Shown: positions 9,492 to 19,126, counted from the stretch's first letter. The stretch: DNA of 35,048 bases from Acidimicrobiaceae bacterium (GCA_002714485.1 PAXM01000019.1:1-35048), one strand, 5' to 3'. The notes: a model not told the origin generated them from the letters alone. Numbers and translations: made by a program.

Positions 9492-9725
9492 TTAGCGAAG
9501 CCCCGGACGGGCATCGCCGAACTGGCCATTGCGTATGACCGGTGAGCCACCCACGACCACGTGGTCTACGCCCAGGGCCTCAAGATAGGGCTCCAAGTAG
9601 GTGGCGCGATCCTCGATTGACGAGGCGTCGAATACCACGAGGTCAGCATCGCACCCCACACCTAGGCACCCCCCGGCAATCACCAGGTCGTGCACATGCT
9701 CGGCTCCGTCTGTTGCTCCATTCAT
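9492..9725 (-). pseudogene. C-terminal remnant of a D-aminoacylase-like amidohydrolase
   Basis: The 77-aa ORF ends in CDADLVVFD...DRATY...VVVGGSPVIRNGQFGDARPGL. This matches the C-terminal segment of N-acyl-D-amino-acid deacylase-type amidohydrolases. The whole metal-binding barrel is missing. Its ATG overlaps the thioesterase stop (ATGA). Confidence 0.45.
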
Positions 9726-10549
9726 GAACTGGTGTCAGCGTGGGGTAGGAGCATCGCCAACTGCCGGGACCGGGCCACCAGCGTGCCCTCTGAGTCCCAT
9801 AGCCAACCGTCTTCCACCATGCGGCCGTCGTAGAGGTCTTCGGTCACGAAGCGGCCCAGCATCCAACCCGGTGCCGGTCGGCGACGCACGTGGACGGTCA
9901 GTTCGATGGTTGGCACCCAGCCCACCCGCCCGAGCCGGGTGAATATCGATGGAGCAAAGGCGTCGCTGAAAAGGACGGACCCCAGGGCGTCGGGTTCCCG
10001 TCCGTCGACGAAACGGATCCAGGCGAGGGTCTCGGCCTCGGTGGACCTCCCGGCCATGGACGTATCCGGGTGGACCCGCAGGTCGACCCGACTGGCGATG
10101 AACAGCTTCACGCCCTGCTCGAGTCCGTCGCGTTCCACACATGCCTCGGGCGGTGGCATTTCAACTGGTTGTGCAATGGTGATCTCATTGTCGTGTCCTG
10201 ACTGCCCCGAGAGGTCCCCCATGGCTGCCAACACCTCAATTCGGGGCCTGCCGTTCTGGATGAGGGTTGCCCGACCGGTAGTGACCGACCGTCCGGATCG
10301 CACCAACTCGGTGGTGACCACGCCGGGCTGCCCTCCTGAGCCGGGCCGGAGGTAGTGGGTGGTTACCGAGATGGGGTCGCCGTGTGGTCCCAGCTTCCGG
10401 AGGGCCTGCAGCGCGATGGCGGTCAAATAGCCACCATTCGGATTGTCGCCGATGTTCCACTGGTCACTGACGTCGACGGCGAACCGTCCGTCGTCAAAGG
10501 GTTCGACGGCCGTCTCAAGGTCGAACTGGCCTTTCCCAATCTCAGTCAT
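9722..10549 (-). CDS. acyl-CoA thioesterase (TesB-like double hot-dog) family protein
   Basis: 275 aa. N-terminal NPNGGYLTAIAL motif, with size and two-lobed pattern typical of thioesterase II-like proteins. Confidence 0.7.
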   Translation of the reverse strand: MTEIGKGQFDLETAVEPFDDGRFAVDVSDQWNIGDNPNGGYLTAIALQALRKLGPHGDPISVTTHYLRPGSGGQPGVVTTELVRSGRSVTTGRATLIQNGRPRIEVLAAMGDLSGQSGHDNEITIAQPVEMPPPEACVERDGLEQGVKLFIASRVDLRVHPDTSMAGRSTEAETLAWIRFVDGREPDALGSVLFSDAFAPSIFTRLGRVGWVPTIELTVHVRRRPAPGWMLGRFVTEDLYDGRMVEDGWLWDSEGTLVARSRQLAMLLPHADTSS

Positions 10550-11901
10550 TGGAGGAGGTCCTCACAGACGTCGAGGTACAGTCCCGTGGTCAGGCTCAGC
10601 GATTCCACGTCGATCCGTTCGTCGTTGCCGTGGAACCGACGGGAGAACTCGCCGGCACTCACCGCGGGGCTCAACAGGCCTGCACCGTAGGCCACTGCCC
10701 CCTTTTCCCGGTATACCCGGGAGTCAGTGAAGCCCACTATGAATTGGGGGTTGAGGCGGGCGGATGGGAAGGGTCTGGAAATCGCCCGCTCCAAGGAGTC
10801 CCACAGGGCTGTATCGATTCGACTGGATGAAGCCGGATCATCCATCAGTATCTCAGTCTCCACTTGGTCTGCAAGGTCGCCGAGCGCTTCACGTAGATGG
10901 GCGGCCACTTCCTCAGCGGATTCTCCAGGCATGGTCCGGATATCGACGTCGAGGCTGACTCGGTCCGGGATGGTGTTGGTCTTGCCGGGTGACACGACGA
11001 CGTTGGGCGAGAACGTCGTGTGTGTGCAGGCGTGCATGTGCCCGGCTAGCCAGTTAACCACCGGAGTCTGCGGTAGGCCGGCCAGGTAATCGTCGATCCG
11101 GTCCTCGTCCAGCAACTGGTCCCGATGTTCCTCCGTAAGTCCCATGGCCTCGACCTGAGCCCGCCAGAGTTCGTGAAAATGGGGTTCCGGGGAGTAGTCG
11201 GCGAGGCGCTGGGCTACGGCCGCCGCCTTCACCAGGGCGTTGTCGCTTCGGTACGGCGCCGAGCCGTGTCCCGGAACGCCTCGTACGGTCAGGCGACGCC
11301 ACGCCACTCCCTTCTCGGCCACGTTGATTCCGATGGCTGGGGCGTCAGGATCACCTGAGTGCAGTCCTCCGTTCTCAGTCAGAACGTAGTCAGCGGCGAT
11401 GGCGTCCCACTCGTGGTCGGCCATCCAGCGGGCCCCGTGGGCACTCCCTGACTCCTCGTCGGCTACCGCGAAGAAAATCAGGTCTCCACGGGGACGGAAA
11501 CCTCGATCAGCCAGGGACCGAAACACTACGGCCTGGGCTGCCGTCAGGTTCAGCATGTCGACGGCACCTCTCCCCCACACCTCGCCGTCCACCAGCTCTC
11601 CGCCGAACGGGTCCCGGGACCATCCTTGGGGTGACACCGGCACCACGTCGGTGTGGCCCATGAGGCACAACGATGGTGCCGACGAGTCGGATCCCTCGAT
11701 ACGCGCTACCAGCGAGGTCCGCCCCGGTGTGGGCTCATAACGCTGAAGGTCCAGGCCCGACCCCTCCAGCCAGGTTGCCAGAAGGTCGGCGTTGCGGACC
11801 TCCTGCCCAGACCCCGGAGTCCCGTCGTTGACGCACTGGTTACGGATGAGCGCCTGGAGTAGGTCGACGGTCTGGTTGGTGAGTTCTTCAGTTCCGGCCA
11901 T
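10546..11901 (-). CDS. M20/M25/M40 family metallopeptidase
   Basis: MGHTDVVP, ADEESG and GHGSAP motifs. The stop overlaps the thioesterase start (ATGA). Confidence 0.85.
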   Translation of the reverse strand: MAGTEELTNQTVDLLQALIRNQCVNDGTPGSGQEVRNADLLATWLEGSGLDLQRYEPTPGRTSLVARIEGSDSSAPSLCLMGHTDVVPVSPQGWSRDPFGGELVDGEVWGRGAVDMLNLTAAQAVVFRSLADRGFRPRGDLIFFAVADEESGSAHGARWMADHEWDAIAADYVLTENGGLHSGDPDAPAIGINVAEKGVAWRRLTVRGVPGHGSAPYRSDNALVKAAAVAQRLADYSPEPHFHELWRAQVEAMGLTEEHRDQLLDEDRIDDYLAGLPQTPVVNWLAGHMHACTHTTFSPNVVVSPGKTNTIPDRVSLDVDIRTMPGESAEEVAAHLREALGDLADQVETEILMDDPASSSRIDTALWDSLERAISRPFPSARLNPQFIVGFTDSRVYREKGAVAYGAGLLSPAVSAGEFSRRFHGNDERIDVESLSLTTGLYLDVCEDLLQ

Positions 11902-12049
11902 CAGTAGGTCAGTTCACTGTCCTGCAGGCGTCCAGTTCGGCGCCCAGGGCAGGCCGCGTAGTGGCCGCTAGGGAAGCAAATACGGCAGGTCTCATAGGTT
12001 CGAGCGTGGTCCAGATCGACGCCCGGGTCGTCACCGGGCCGGAAACCGG

Positions 12050-13138
12050 TCAAGAGACGGGGTCGACGCTTGTCTGGTCAGAGCGCTGGCGGCCCTTGAG
12101 TCGAAGATGGGTGGTCCGGGTGCCGTCGTGCCAGGTACCGGTCCACCAGTCGATCGGCATCTGGGTATTGCCGTAGTTGACCTCGAAGAACCGGTGATGA
12201 AGTTGGTGGAACAGGTCCCCGGCTGGCACCGACCATCGCCCCAACCGAACTCGAGCGAAGCCTGAATGCGAAGGCGCAGGCCCGGGCCCGTCGTAGAACA
12301 CGAACATCAGTATGACTAGGGGGTGGACGGGGATCACCCACCAGACCAGGAATCCCGAGAAATAGACGATGTGTTCCAAGGGATGCATCGAGATTCCGGT
12401 CCACGGCGTGGGGTTTGGGTTGCGGTGGTGGAGGCCATGGATCCGGCGGTACAGCGGCACGGTGTGGATTATTCGGTGATTCAGCCAAAAGTGGCCCGTA
12501 GATACGAACACCACCCCTAGGGTCGCCATCAGGACGACCACCACCGGGTTGGAACTCCATCCGGGACGGTGCACCAGGCCGCTGGAGTAGGCCCAGTGGG
12601 TGAGCGACTCGTAGGCGGTGAGGAACGCCACGCCGCTCGTCATCGTCCAGAAGGCGTTGTCACGGACCTGACTCCCGAATGTGAACTTTGATCCGGTGCC
12701 CGGCCAGCGTGGATTGAACTTGAAGTCCTCGCCCTGGGCGCGACGTACGTAGAGCCACCAGTGCAGACCGCCGGCGATAAGGGCCACGATGACGAGATTG
12801 CGGAGCCAGATGCCAGCGATCCAGCCGAGTTCAAGGGAGGACATGGTCGCCTCGCTCGGGAGCAGCCACTTCCAGATCACTACGGACATGGTGAGGTAGA
12901 GCAGTACCCATGGGTAGAGGATCATCCGGAGCGTCCACTCGATGGCGGCGAGTGGGCGAGGTGGCCACGCAAAGACTGCGGGGACCTCCAGGGGCACTGG
13001 GTGTTCGTAGGAGCCGCTGACTAGGCCCCGGTAGCCACTAGGTGCGACGCTCGGCATGTTGTCAGACCGCCTCACGGCAGTCGATGGTGGCATCGTCCAG
13101 TTCCGCCGATAGATCCAGACCTTGTACCTCGGCTCCAA
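12050..13138 (-). CDS. fatty acid hydroxylase / sterol desaturase superfamily membrane protein
   Basis: Hydrophobic N-terminal half. Three His boxes: HRIIH, HGLHHRN and HQLHHRF. The start is uncertain; alternative ATGs at 13093 and 13057. Confidence 0.75.
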   Translation of the reverse strand: MEPRYKVWIYRRNWTMPPSTAVRRSDNMPSVAPSGYRGLVSGSYEHPVPLEVPAVFAWPPRPLAAIEWTLRMILYPWVLLYLTMSVVIWKWLLPSEATMSSLELGWIAGIWLRNLVIVALIAGGLHWWLYVRRAQGEDFKFNPRWPGTGSKFTFGSQVRDNAFWTMTSGVAFLTAYESLTHWAYSSGLVHRPGWSSNPVVVVLMATLGVVFVSTGHFWLNHRIIHTVPLYRRIHGLHHRNPNPTPWTGISMHPLEHIVYFSGFLVWWVIPVHPLVILMFVFYDGPGPAPSHSGFARVRLGRWSVPAGDLFHQLHHRFFEVNYGNTQMPIDWWTGTWHDGTRTTHLRLKGRQRSDQTSVDPVS

Positions 13139-13197
13139 TAGCAGGCTTCAGGCGGATCAACTCGAACGGTCTAGCCCCTTGGCGCATGGCCCGGACC

Positions 13198-14685
13198 CTA
13201 CGCCCAGTCGAATGTTCGCTGGACGGCCTCGGTCCAACGGGCGGTTAGGCGGTCGCGTTCCTCGACTGTCATGGAAGGGGACCATCGACCTCCCTCATGC
13301 CAGGTGGCTCTGAGGTCGGCCTCCTCGGCCCACACTCCCTCGGCCAGGCCCGCTGCTTGGGCAGCACCTAGGGCAGTGGCTTCGGCAATCTCAGGACGGA
13401 CCACGTCGACGCGCAACAGGTCGGCCTGAAACTGCATGAGCAGATCGTTGGCCACCATTCCTCCGTCCACCCGGAGTTCAGCAAGGTCGATACCGCTGTC
13501 GGCCCGCATGGCGGCCAGTAGTTCATGGGTCTGGAATGCCGTCGACTCCAGCGCGGCCCGGGCCACGTGCCCACGGTTGGCGGATCGAGTCAGACCCACC
13601 AACGCTCCCCGGGCGTCAGATCGCCAGTGCGGGGCGAAGAGCCCTGAGAATGCCGGAACGAGGTACACATCTCCGTTGTCGTCGACCGTCCGAGCCAGAG
13701 CTTCAACTTCGGCCGAGTCGTCAATCAGTCCCAATCCGTCGCGCAACCACTGAACGGTTGCACCAGCCATGGCCACTGAACCCTCCAGCGCATAGGTCGG
13801 TGGTCGGCCGGTAGCCTGGGCTGCCACCGTGGTGAGAAGCCCATTCGTGGAAACCACCTGCTCGGTGCCGGTGTTCATCAGTAGGAAGCATCCGGTGCCG
13901 TACGTGTTCTTGGCTTGACCGGCAGCGTGGCAGCCCTGTCCAAATAGGGCTGCTTGCTGGTCCCCGAGGATTCCCGAAATGGGTACACCGGCCAACGGGC
14001 CCACACCGACACCCAGGCGCCCGATCGATGGAACGATCTGGGGCAGCATGGCTGCCGGAACGTCCATGGCGTCTAGCAGATTCGGATCCCAGTCCAGGGT
14101 GGTTAGGTCCATAAGGAGGGTTCTTGAGGCGTTGGTGACGTCGGTTGCATGACGGCCACCGTCCGCTCCACCGGTGAGGTTCCAGAGCAACCAGGAGTCG
14201 AGGGTGCCCAGGACCGCCCCACCGCTCTCGCCGAGTTCCCGTAGTCCGTCCACGTGCTCGAGCAGCCAGGTGGCCCGTGGTCCACTGAAGTAGGTGGCGA
14301 GGGGAAGACCGGTGGCCGCCCGAAAGCGGTCAGGGTTTCCATCGGCGAGTCGATCAACGATCCCAGCGGTACGGGTGTCCTGCCACACGATCGCCCGGTG
14401 CAGTGGCTGTCCGGTTGTCGGGTCCCAGACGACGAGGGTCTCACGCTGGTTGGTGATTCCCACCGCAGCCAGGTCGGCGGCGGCCAGATCGACTGTGTCG
14501 AGTGCCGCGTCGATCACCGTCCAGGTGTTCGCGAGGATCTCGACGGCATCGTGCTCGACCCACCCGGGCCTCGGAAAGTGTTGTGCGTGGGGTCGCTGTG
14601 CAGATGCCACCACTCCCCCTGCCTCGTCGACCACCAGGAATCGGGTACTGGTAGTTCCCTGGTCAAGGGCGCCGACAAGAACCAC
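13198..14685 (-). CDS. glpK: glycerol kinase
   Basis: [26 protein letters not shown] and [15 protein letters not shown] are full-length FGGY/GlpK signatures. GTG start. Confidence 0.95.
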   Translation of the reverse strand: MVLVGALDQGTTSTRFLVVDEAGGVVASAQRPHAQHFPRPGWVEHDAVEILANTWTVIDAALDTVDLAAADLAAVGITNQRETLVVWDPTTGQPLHRAIVWQDTRTAGIVDRLADGNPDRFRAATGLPLATYFSGPRATWLLEHVDGLRELGESGGAVLGTLDSWLLWNLTGGADGGRHATDVTNASRTLLMDLTTLDWDPNLLDAMDVPAAMLPQIVPSIGRLGVGVGPLAGVPISGILGDQQAALFGQGCHAAGQAKNTYGTGCFLLMNTGTEQVVSTNGLLTTVAAQATGRPPTYALEGSVAMAGATVQWLRDGLGLIDDSAEVEALARTVDDNGDVYLVPAFSGLFAPHWRSDARGALVGLTRSANRGHVARAALESTAFQTHELLAAMRADSGIDLAELRVDGGMVANDLLMQFQADLLRVDVVRPEIAEATALGAAQAAGLAEGVWAEEADLRATWHEGGRWSPSMTVEERDRLTARWTEAVQRTFDWA

Positions 14686-14687
14686 GA

Positions 14688-15380
14688 TCAGTTCGTTCTC
14701 TCTGGATCCACCGGTCGCCCGTTGAGCTGACCGGGGCCGCGCGACCAGAAGGCCACGTGGCCGGGAACCGTTTCGCCGATCGAGCCCTCGTCAGGCTGGG
14801 GCTCCCCGACGGCTACACCGACCGGGATCAGGCCTGCCCACGCCGGGTCATCCAGATCGTCCGGATCGTCTACCACCCCAGTAGTTCGGGCCTTCATGGA
14901 GCATTCGTCCAGCGATAGAACAAGGACCGTGGTGCCTTTCACCTCAGCTTCGTGCGCGGCGCGGATCTGTGCGGATCGCCCGGGGATCGTGTGGTCGACG
15001 AGACGATCGAGGGCGGCCACCTTTTCCCCGTAATCGCTGACCTCGATAGCGGTACCCATGACGACCACCGATCGGTAGTTCATCGAGTGGTGAAGACCGG
15101 AACGGGCCAGGACCAATGCGTCAAGGAGTGTCACTGTCACGCAGACCTCAGCGCCGCCCTTGGCCATCCGCAGGAGTCGACTGGCCGGTGAGCCGTGCAG
15201 GTACATCACGTTCCCGTCCCGGGCGTAGAGCATCGGGATGACCACGGGGTGAGCCGTGTCACCAGTATCCGAAATCAGGCCGACGTGGGCGACCAGGCCC
15301 TCGTCGAGAATGGCGTGGATGGCATCGCTGTCCGTGACGGCGCGAGCCGGCTTTCGCTGCAGTTCGGTTCGCTCGCTCAT
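14688..15380 (-). CDS. pyridoxamine 5'-phosphate oxidase (PNPOx-like FMN/F420-binding split barrel) family protein
   Basis: [12 protein letters not shown]...[19 protein letters not shown] pattern. The stop lies 2 nt before the glpK start. Confidence 0.75.
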   Translation of the reverse strand: MSERTELQRKPARAVTDSDAIHAILDEGLVAHVGLISDTGDTAHPVVIPMLYARDGNVMYLHGSPASRLLRMAKGGAEVCVTVTLLDALVLARSGLHHSMNYRSVVVMGTAIEVSDYGEKVAALDRLVDHTIPGRSAQIRAAHEAEVKGTTVLVLSLDECSMKARTTGVVDDPDDLDDPAWAGLIPVGVAVGEPQPDEGSIGETVPGHVAFWSRGPGQLNGRPVDPERTN

Positions 15381-15389
15381 CCGACCTCC

Positions 15390-16199
15390 CTAGGCCAGGA
15401 GCATCCCACGGGCGACGGTTACGGCACGACCCGTTAGATGGACTCGGTCTCCCACCAACTCGACGTCCATCTCGCCGCCACGGGCCGATGCTTGCTCGGC
15501 CCGAAAGATCAATCCGAGGCGTGGCGCCCACCAGGCTGCCAGTGTCGTATGGGCCGAGCCGGTCACAGGGTCTTCCACGATCCCCCCGTTCGGGGCGAAG
15601 AACCGCGACACCACATCGACGTGCCTCTGGTCGTCACACGCTGAGGTCACGATGACCCCACGCGGCGCCAATCCTCCGATGATCTCGATGTTGGGATTGC
15701 ACTGGCGTACCTCGGCGGCTGTTGCGACTTCGAGTAGAAGATCGGTGGCTCCACGGCCCGCGGCCACGACCTCGGTTCCGACGGCATCGTCCATTGCCTG
15801 GGTCACGTCACGTGCCTCGATCAGGTCCACCGGAAGGTCGAGTCGGATTCCGTCGTCACCAGAAACCGCTGACAGACGACCTGACCGGGTGTGGAAACCG
15901 ATCTCACCGGTGATCCCGTGTTCACTGGCCAGTACATGGGCTGTGGCAAGTGTGGCGTGGCCACAGAGGTCAACCTCGGAAACCGGGGTGAACCAACGGA
16001 GATTCCACTCTGCCGTGCCAGTTCCACTGTGGTTGTCCGACGGGTGACAAAACGCTGTCTCCGAGAGGTTCATCTCGCATGCCACCGACTGCATCCATAG
16101 CTCGTCCACGGGGTCGGCGAGCACCACCACGGCGGCCGGGTTACCCCGAAACGGCTGCTCGGTGAAGGCGTCAACCTGGATGAAATCGATGTTGGACAT
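15390..16199 (-). CDS. PhzF family isomerase
   Basis: VDAFT..PFRGNPAAVV, ETAF, CGHATLA and GSAH motifs. Confidence 0.9.
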   Translation of the reverse strand: MSNIDFIQVDAFTEQPFRGNPAAVVVLADPVDELWMQSVACEMNLSETAFCHPSDNHSGTGTAEWNLRWFTPVSEVDLCGHATLATAHVLASEHGITGEIGFHTRSGRLSAVSGDDGIRLDLPVDLIEARDVTQAMDDAVGTEVVAAGRGATDLLLEVATAAEVRQCNPNIEIIGGLAPRGVIVTSACDDQRHVDVVSRFFAPNGGIVEDPVTGSAHTTLAAWWAPRLGLIFRAEQASARGGEMDVELVGDRVHLTGRAVTVARGMLLA

Positions 16200-16234
16200 A
16201 GTGTGGGATTCCGCTTCGTCGGGAGGTTTGGCTG

Positions 16235-16268
16235 ACCTTGATTACGCAGGGAGCAGGTGGATCAAGGT
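16235..16268. repeat. inverted repeat (8-bp arms ACCTTGAT/ATCAAGGT, 18-nt spacer), function unknown
   Basis: Read directly from the 98-nt gap between the 175-aa ORF stop and the PhzF start. Confidence 0.5.
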
Positions 16269-16297
16269 TTGAGGCAACTCAGGCCGGAGGACCTGCA

Positions 16298-16825
16298 TCA
16301 GCCATCTTCCGTAGTTGGTTGTAGGGCTGCAACGTTGGTTGGGTCCGTCTCCGAGGGGGCGAGGTGTTCGAGCTTCGCTGTATATCCGAGGTAGTCCCAT
16401 ACCATTTGCTCCCCCTCCCGTCGGCGCCGGACCTCGATCGGAATGCCCTCCGGCCGCAAGACGTGTTCTCCGTTCTCGTAGGTGGCCACCACGTGGATCT
16501 CAGTGGCCTTGTCGAACTCGGCAACATCGTGCACTCCGCGCTCCCGGGTGCCGTCGCAGCGCATGTCATGGACGATGCCGCCCCCGGTGACGACCACTCG
16601 GTCGCCGCGCTGTTCCACCCGCTGGACGTGGCCCAGTCCCGGGTGGTCAGGTTGGGTCAGGTTGTCGACTAGGACTTCGACCGTGCGCCAGTAGCCATCG
16701 AGGTCCGGAGCGTCGGTGGGGGTGGGCTCAGCGCAGCCCGTCAGGACCGGGGCCGGCCATGTGGTCCATCCACCGGGAGGAGTGTGGGAGACAGGGATGT
16801 CGTCGATGGTGTGTCGTTCATTCAT
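16298..16825 (-). CDS. hypothetical protein (175 aa), translationally coupled to the sulfatase
   Basis: The ORF has GC-rich third positions. Its ATG overlaps the sulfatase stop by 4 nt. I recognise no family motif. Confidence 0.6.
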   Translation of the reverse strand: MNERHTIDDIPVSHTPPGGWTTWPAPVLTGCAEPTPTDAPDLDGYWRTVEVLVDNLTQPDHPGLGHVQRVEQRGDRVVVTGGGIVHDMRCDGTRERGVHDVAEFDKATEIHVVATYENGEHVLRPEGIPIEVRRRREGEQMVWDYLGYTAKLEHLAPSETDPTNVAALQPTTEDG

Positions 16826-19113
16826 TGACGCGACATCTCCGCTCTGGCTGTAGCCGTCGTTTCGCTGGCTACCGAACTGGCGCCCTCGGTCCCGCCCTTG
16901 CGTTGGAGCCGCTGGATCACGACCTCGTGCAGAGTTCCGGTGAATCCGAACGGTGCCGAGTAGCGGTTCGACACTCCCGAGCCGTGGTCCTCGCCGACAC
17001 TGGCGCCCACCGAGGAGATAATCCTCATGTAGGAAGGAATAGGTGCCCGACCACAGGCCTGACCGTCGATAGCTACCTCGACCCAGCCGGAGGTACGACT
17101 ATCGCGTTCAAAGTGGACACCAAGCGAGCTATCGCCGGGGGGTACTTCAATGGTCGATTCGACGATTGTGTGGTTGTCGAAGGAGTTGTAGTCGACGACT
17201 AGCCGCCCATTCTGCAAGAAGACCGAAACGCCTGAGTTCTCGGTTCCGGTTGCCCACAGGACACCCTCGTCACCTGCAGCACTGGTGATTCGTGCGGTGA
17301 GGTCGACGGCTCGGCCTCCGAGCCCTGCGGATGCTCCTGCAGGGATCGGCGACATCGGCGGCCGGTACACGTAGCGACGATCGAGCCTGTGTGGTGAGTG
17401 GTCGCTTGGATGGGCGCCGAACAACTCCAGTGTCCGGTCGTCGAGTGGTAGGACACCGTGGCGTTCGGCTTCCTCCCACCAAAGGTCGACCAACCCCGCG
17501 AGCAATTGGGGCTCTGCCGCAGCCAGATCGATGCACTCCGACGGGTCGCAGGTGAGATCGTAGAGTTCCCAGGGCTCGGAGTCGAAGTCGTCGCCCTGGT
17601 TGTGTTTAGTTACCGCCTTCCACCACACGCCTTCGCATTCGGCTATCAATGCCCGACTGCCGGCGTTCTCGAAGTACTGAAGCTTGTTTGTGGATGGTGC
17701 CCTTTCATCACCTAGGACGGCTTGGAACGAGTGGCCCGTGACTGGCATCTGTTCGATTCCCCGGTACACCTCCGGGGGCGTGACTCCGAGTAGTCCATAA
17801 ATCGTCGGGCTGATGTCGGACACGTTCACGAACTGCGACCGCTTGGTGCCAACCTGCTCTGCGCCGAAGCCGTTGGGCCAATGCATGACCAGAGGCACGT
17901 GAACGCCACCCTCATGGGTGTTCTGCTTGTACCACCGGAACGGAGAGTTACCGCACTGGGCCCAGCCCCACGGGTAGTTCGTGTGGCTGTGTGGACCTCC
18001 AATGTCGTCGATGCGCTCGATGGCTTCGTCTGGCGATTCGAGCATGCCGTTGAAGAACTTCATCTCGTGCATTACTCCGAACGGCCCACCTTCCTGTGAC
18101 GCGCCGTTGTCGGCAAGCACCACGAGGATCGTGTTGTTCAGTTCATCCAGGTGTCGCAGCCCCGCCACCAGTCGGCCGATCTGGTCGTCAGCGTGATCCA
18201 AGAAGGCCGCGAAGGCCTCCTGAAGCCGGCAGGCAAGTCGGCGTTGGTTTTCGGGCAGGTCATCCCAGGCTTCGACACCGGGATTGCGGGGGGCGAGTTC
18301 TGTGCCGGGAGGGATGACCCCAAGCTCGAGTTGGCGCTGGTGCCAACGCTGCCGGACTACGTCCCAGCCCTCGTCATAATGACCCCGGTACTTGTCGAGG
18401 TAGGCCTGAGGGGCCTGGTGTGGGGCGTGGGTGGCACCGAACGGGAGGTAGGCGAAGAACGGCCGGTCCGGGCGCACACCTTTGCTGTCGTTGATCATCT
18501 GAAGCAGCTGGTCGACCAAGTCTTCGCTCAGGTGGTAGCCGTCTTTAGGTGTTGACGGTGGATCAATGTGGGTGTTGTCGCGGACTAGTTCGGGGTGGAA
18601 CTGGTCGGTCTCCCCCTCCAAGAACCCGTAGAACCGGTCGAAGCCGCGCGCCAGCGGCCACTGGTCAAATGGCCCGGCCGCCGAAGTGTCCTGCGTCGGT
18701 GCCAAGTGCCACTTTCCGGCGCAGAAGGTGGCGTACCCCTCGGCATGGAGCACCTCTGCGATAGTGGATGCCGAGTCCGAGATATGGCCTAGTTGGTGCG
18801 GGAACCCTGTACGCCAATTGGAAACGCCTCTCAATCCGACTGCGTGTTGCGACCTGCCGGTCAGCAGCGCTGCACGCGTCGGTGAGCACAGTGGCGTCAC
18901 GTGGAAGTTCGTGAACTGGATGCCACCAACAGCGAGAGCGTCCACGTTGGGGGTGGCGATGTCGGAGCCGTAGCAGCCGAGTTGAGCGAAGCCCGTGTCG
19001 TCAAGGAGGACGATGACCACGTTGGGCGCGGCCTCACCGGGGTGGGGCGGTTCCATGTAGTCCGGCTCGGAGTCCGCCAGCGTCCGGCCGATCCTTCCCT
19101 TGAACTCAGTCAT
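16822..19113 (-). CDS. large formylglycine-dependent arylsulfatase (AtsA-like) with C-terminal extra domain
   Basis: LLDDTGF, CSPTRAALLTG, GKWH and ADNG motifs. There is a ~250-aa C-terminal extension beyond the catalytic core. AGGAG RBS. No signal peptide. Confidence 0.9.
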   Translation of the reverse strand: MTEFKGRIGRTLADSEPDYMEPPHPGEAAPNVVIVLLDDTGFAQLGCYGSDIATPNVDALAVGGIQFTNFHVTPLCSPTRAALLTGRSQHAVGLRGVSNWRTGFPHQLGHISDSASTIAEVLHAEGYATFCAGKWHLAPTQDTSAAGPFDQWPLARGFDRFYGFLEGETDQFHPELVRDNTHIDPPSTPKDGYHLSEDLVDQLLQMINDSKGVRPDRPFFAYLPFGATHAPHQAPQAYLDKYRGHYDEGWDVVRQRWHQRQLELGVIPPGTELAPRNPGVEAWDDLPENQRRLACRLQEAFAAFLDHADDQIGRLVAGLRHLDELNNTILVVLADNGASQEGGPFGVMHEMKFFNGMLESPDEAIERIDDIGGPHSHTNYPWGWAQCGNSPFRWYKQNTHEGGVHVPLVMHWPNGFGAEQVGTKRSQFVNVSDISPTIYGLLGVTPPEVYRGIEQMPVTGHSFQAVLGDERAPSTNKLQYFENAGSRALIAECEGVWWKAVTKHNQGDDFDSEPWELYDLTCDPSECIDLAAAEPQLLAGLVDLWWEEAERHGVLPLDDRTLELFGAHPSDHSPHRLDRRYVYRPPMSPIPAGASAGLGGRAVDLTARITSAAGDEGVLWATGTENSGVSVFLQNGRLVVDYNSFDNHTIVESTIEVPPGDSSLGVHFERDSRTSGWVEVAIDGQACGRAPIPSYMRIISSVGASVGEDHGSGVSNRYSAPFGFTGTLHEVVIQRLQRKGGTEGASSVASETTATARAEMSRQ

Positions 19114-19126
19114 TGGATCTCCTAGT

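Noticed and set aside
11990-12020. Possible tRNA T-arm (GGTTCGAGC) in the hydroxylase / M20 gap. Similar GGTTCGA or GGGTCGAAT strings occur near 4410 and 195.
   Set aside because: The flanking bases cannot form the 5-bp T-stem, and no acceptor or anticodon arms can be drawn. No gap in the window is both long enough and structured like a tRNA.
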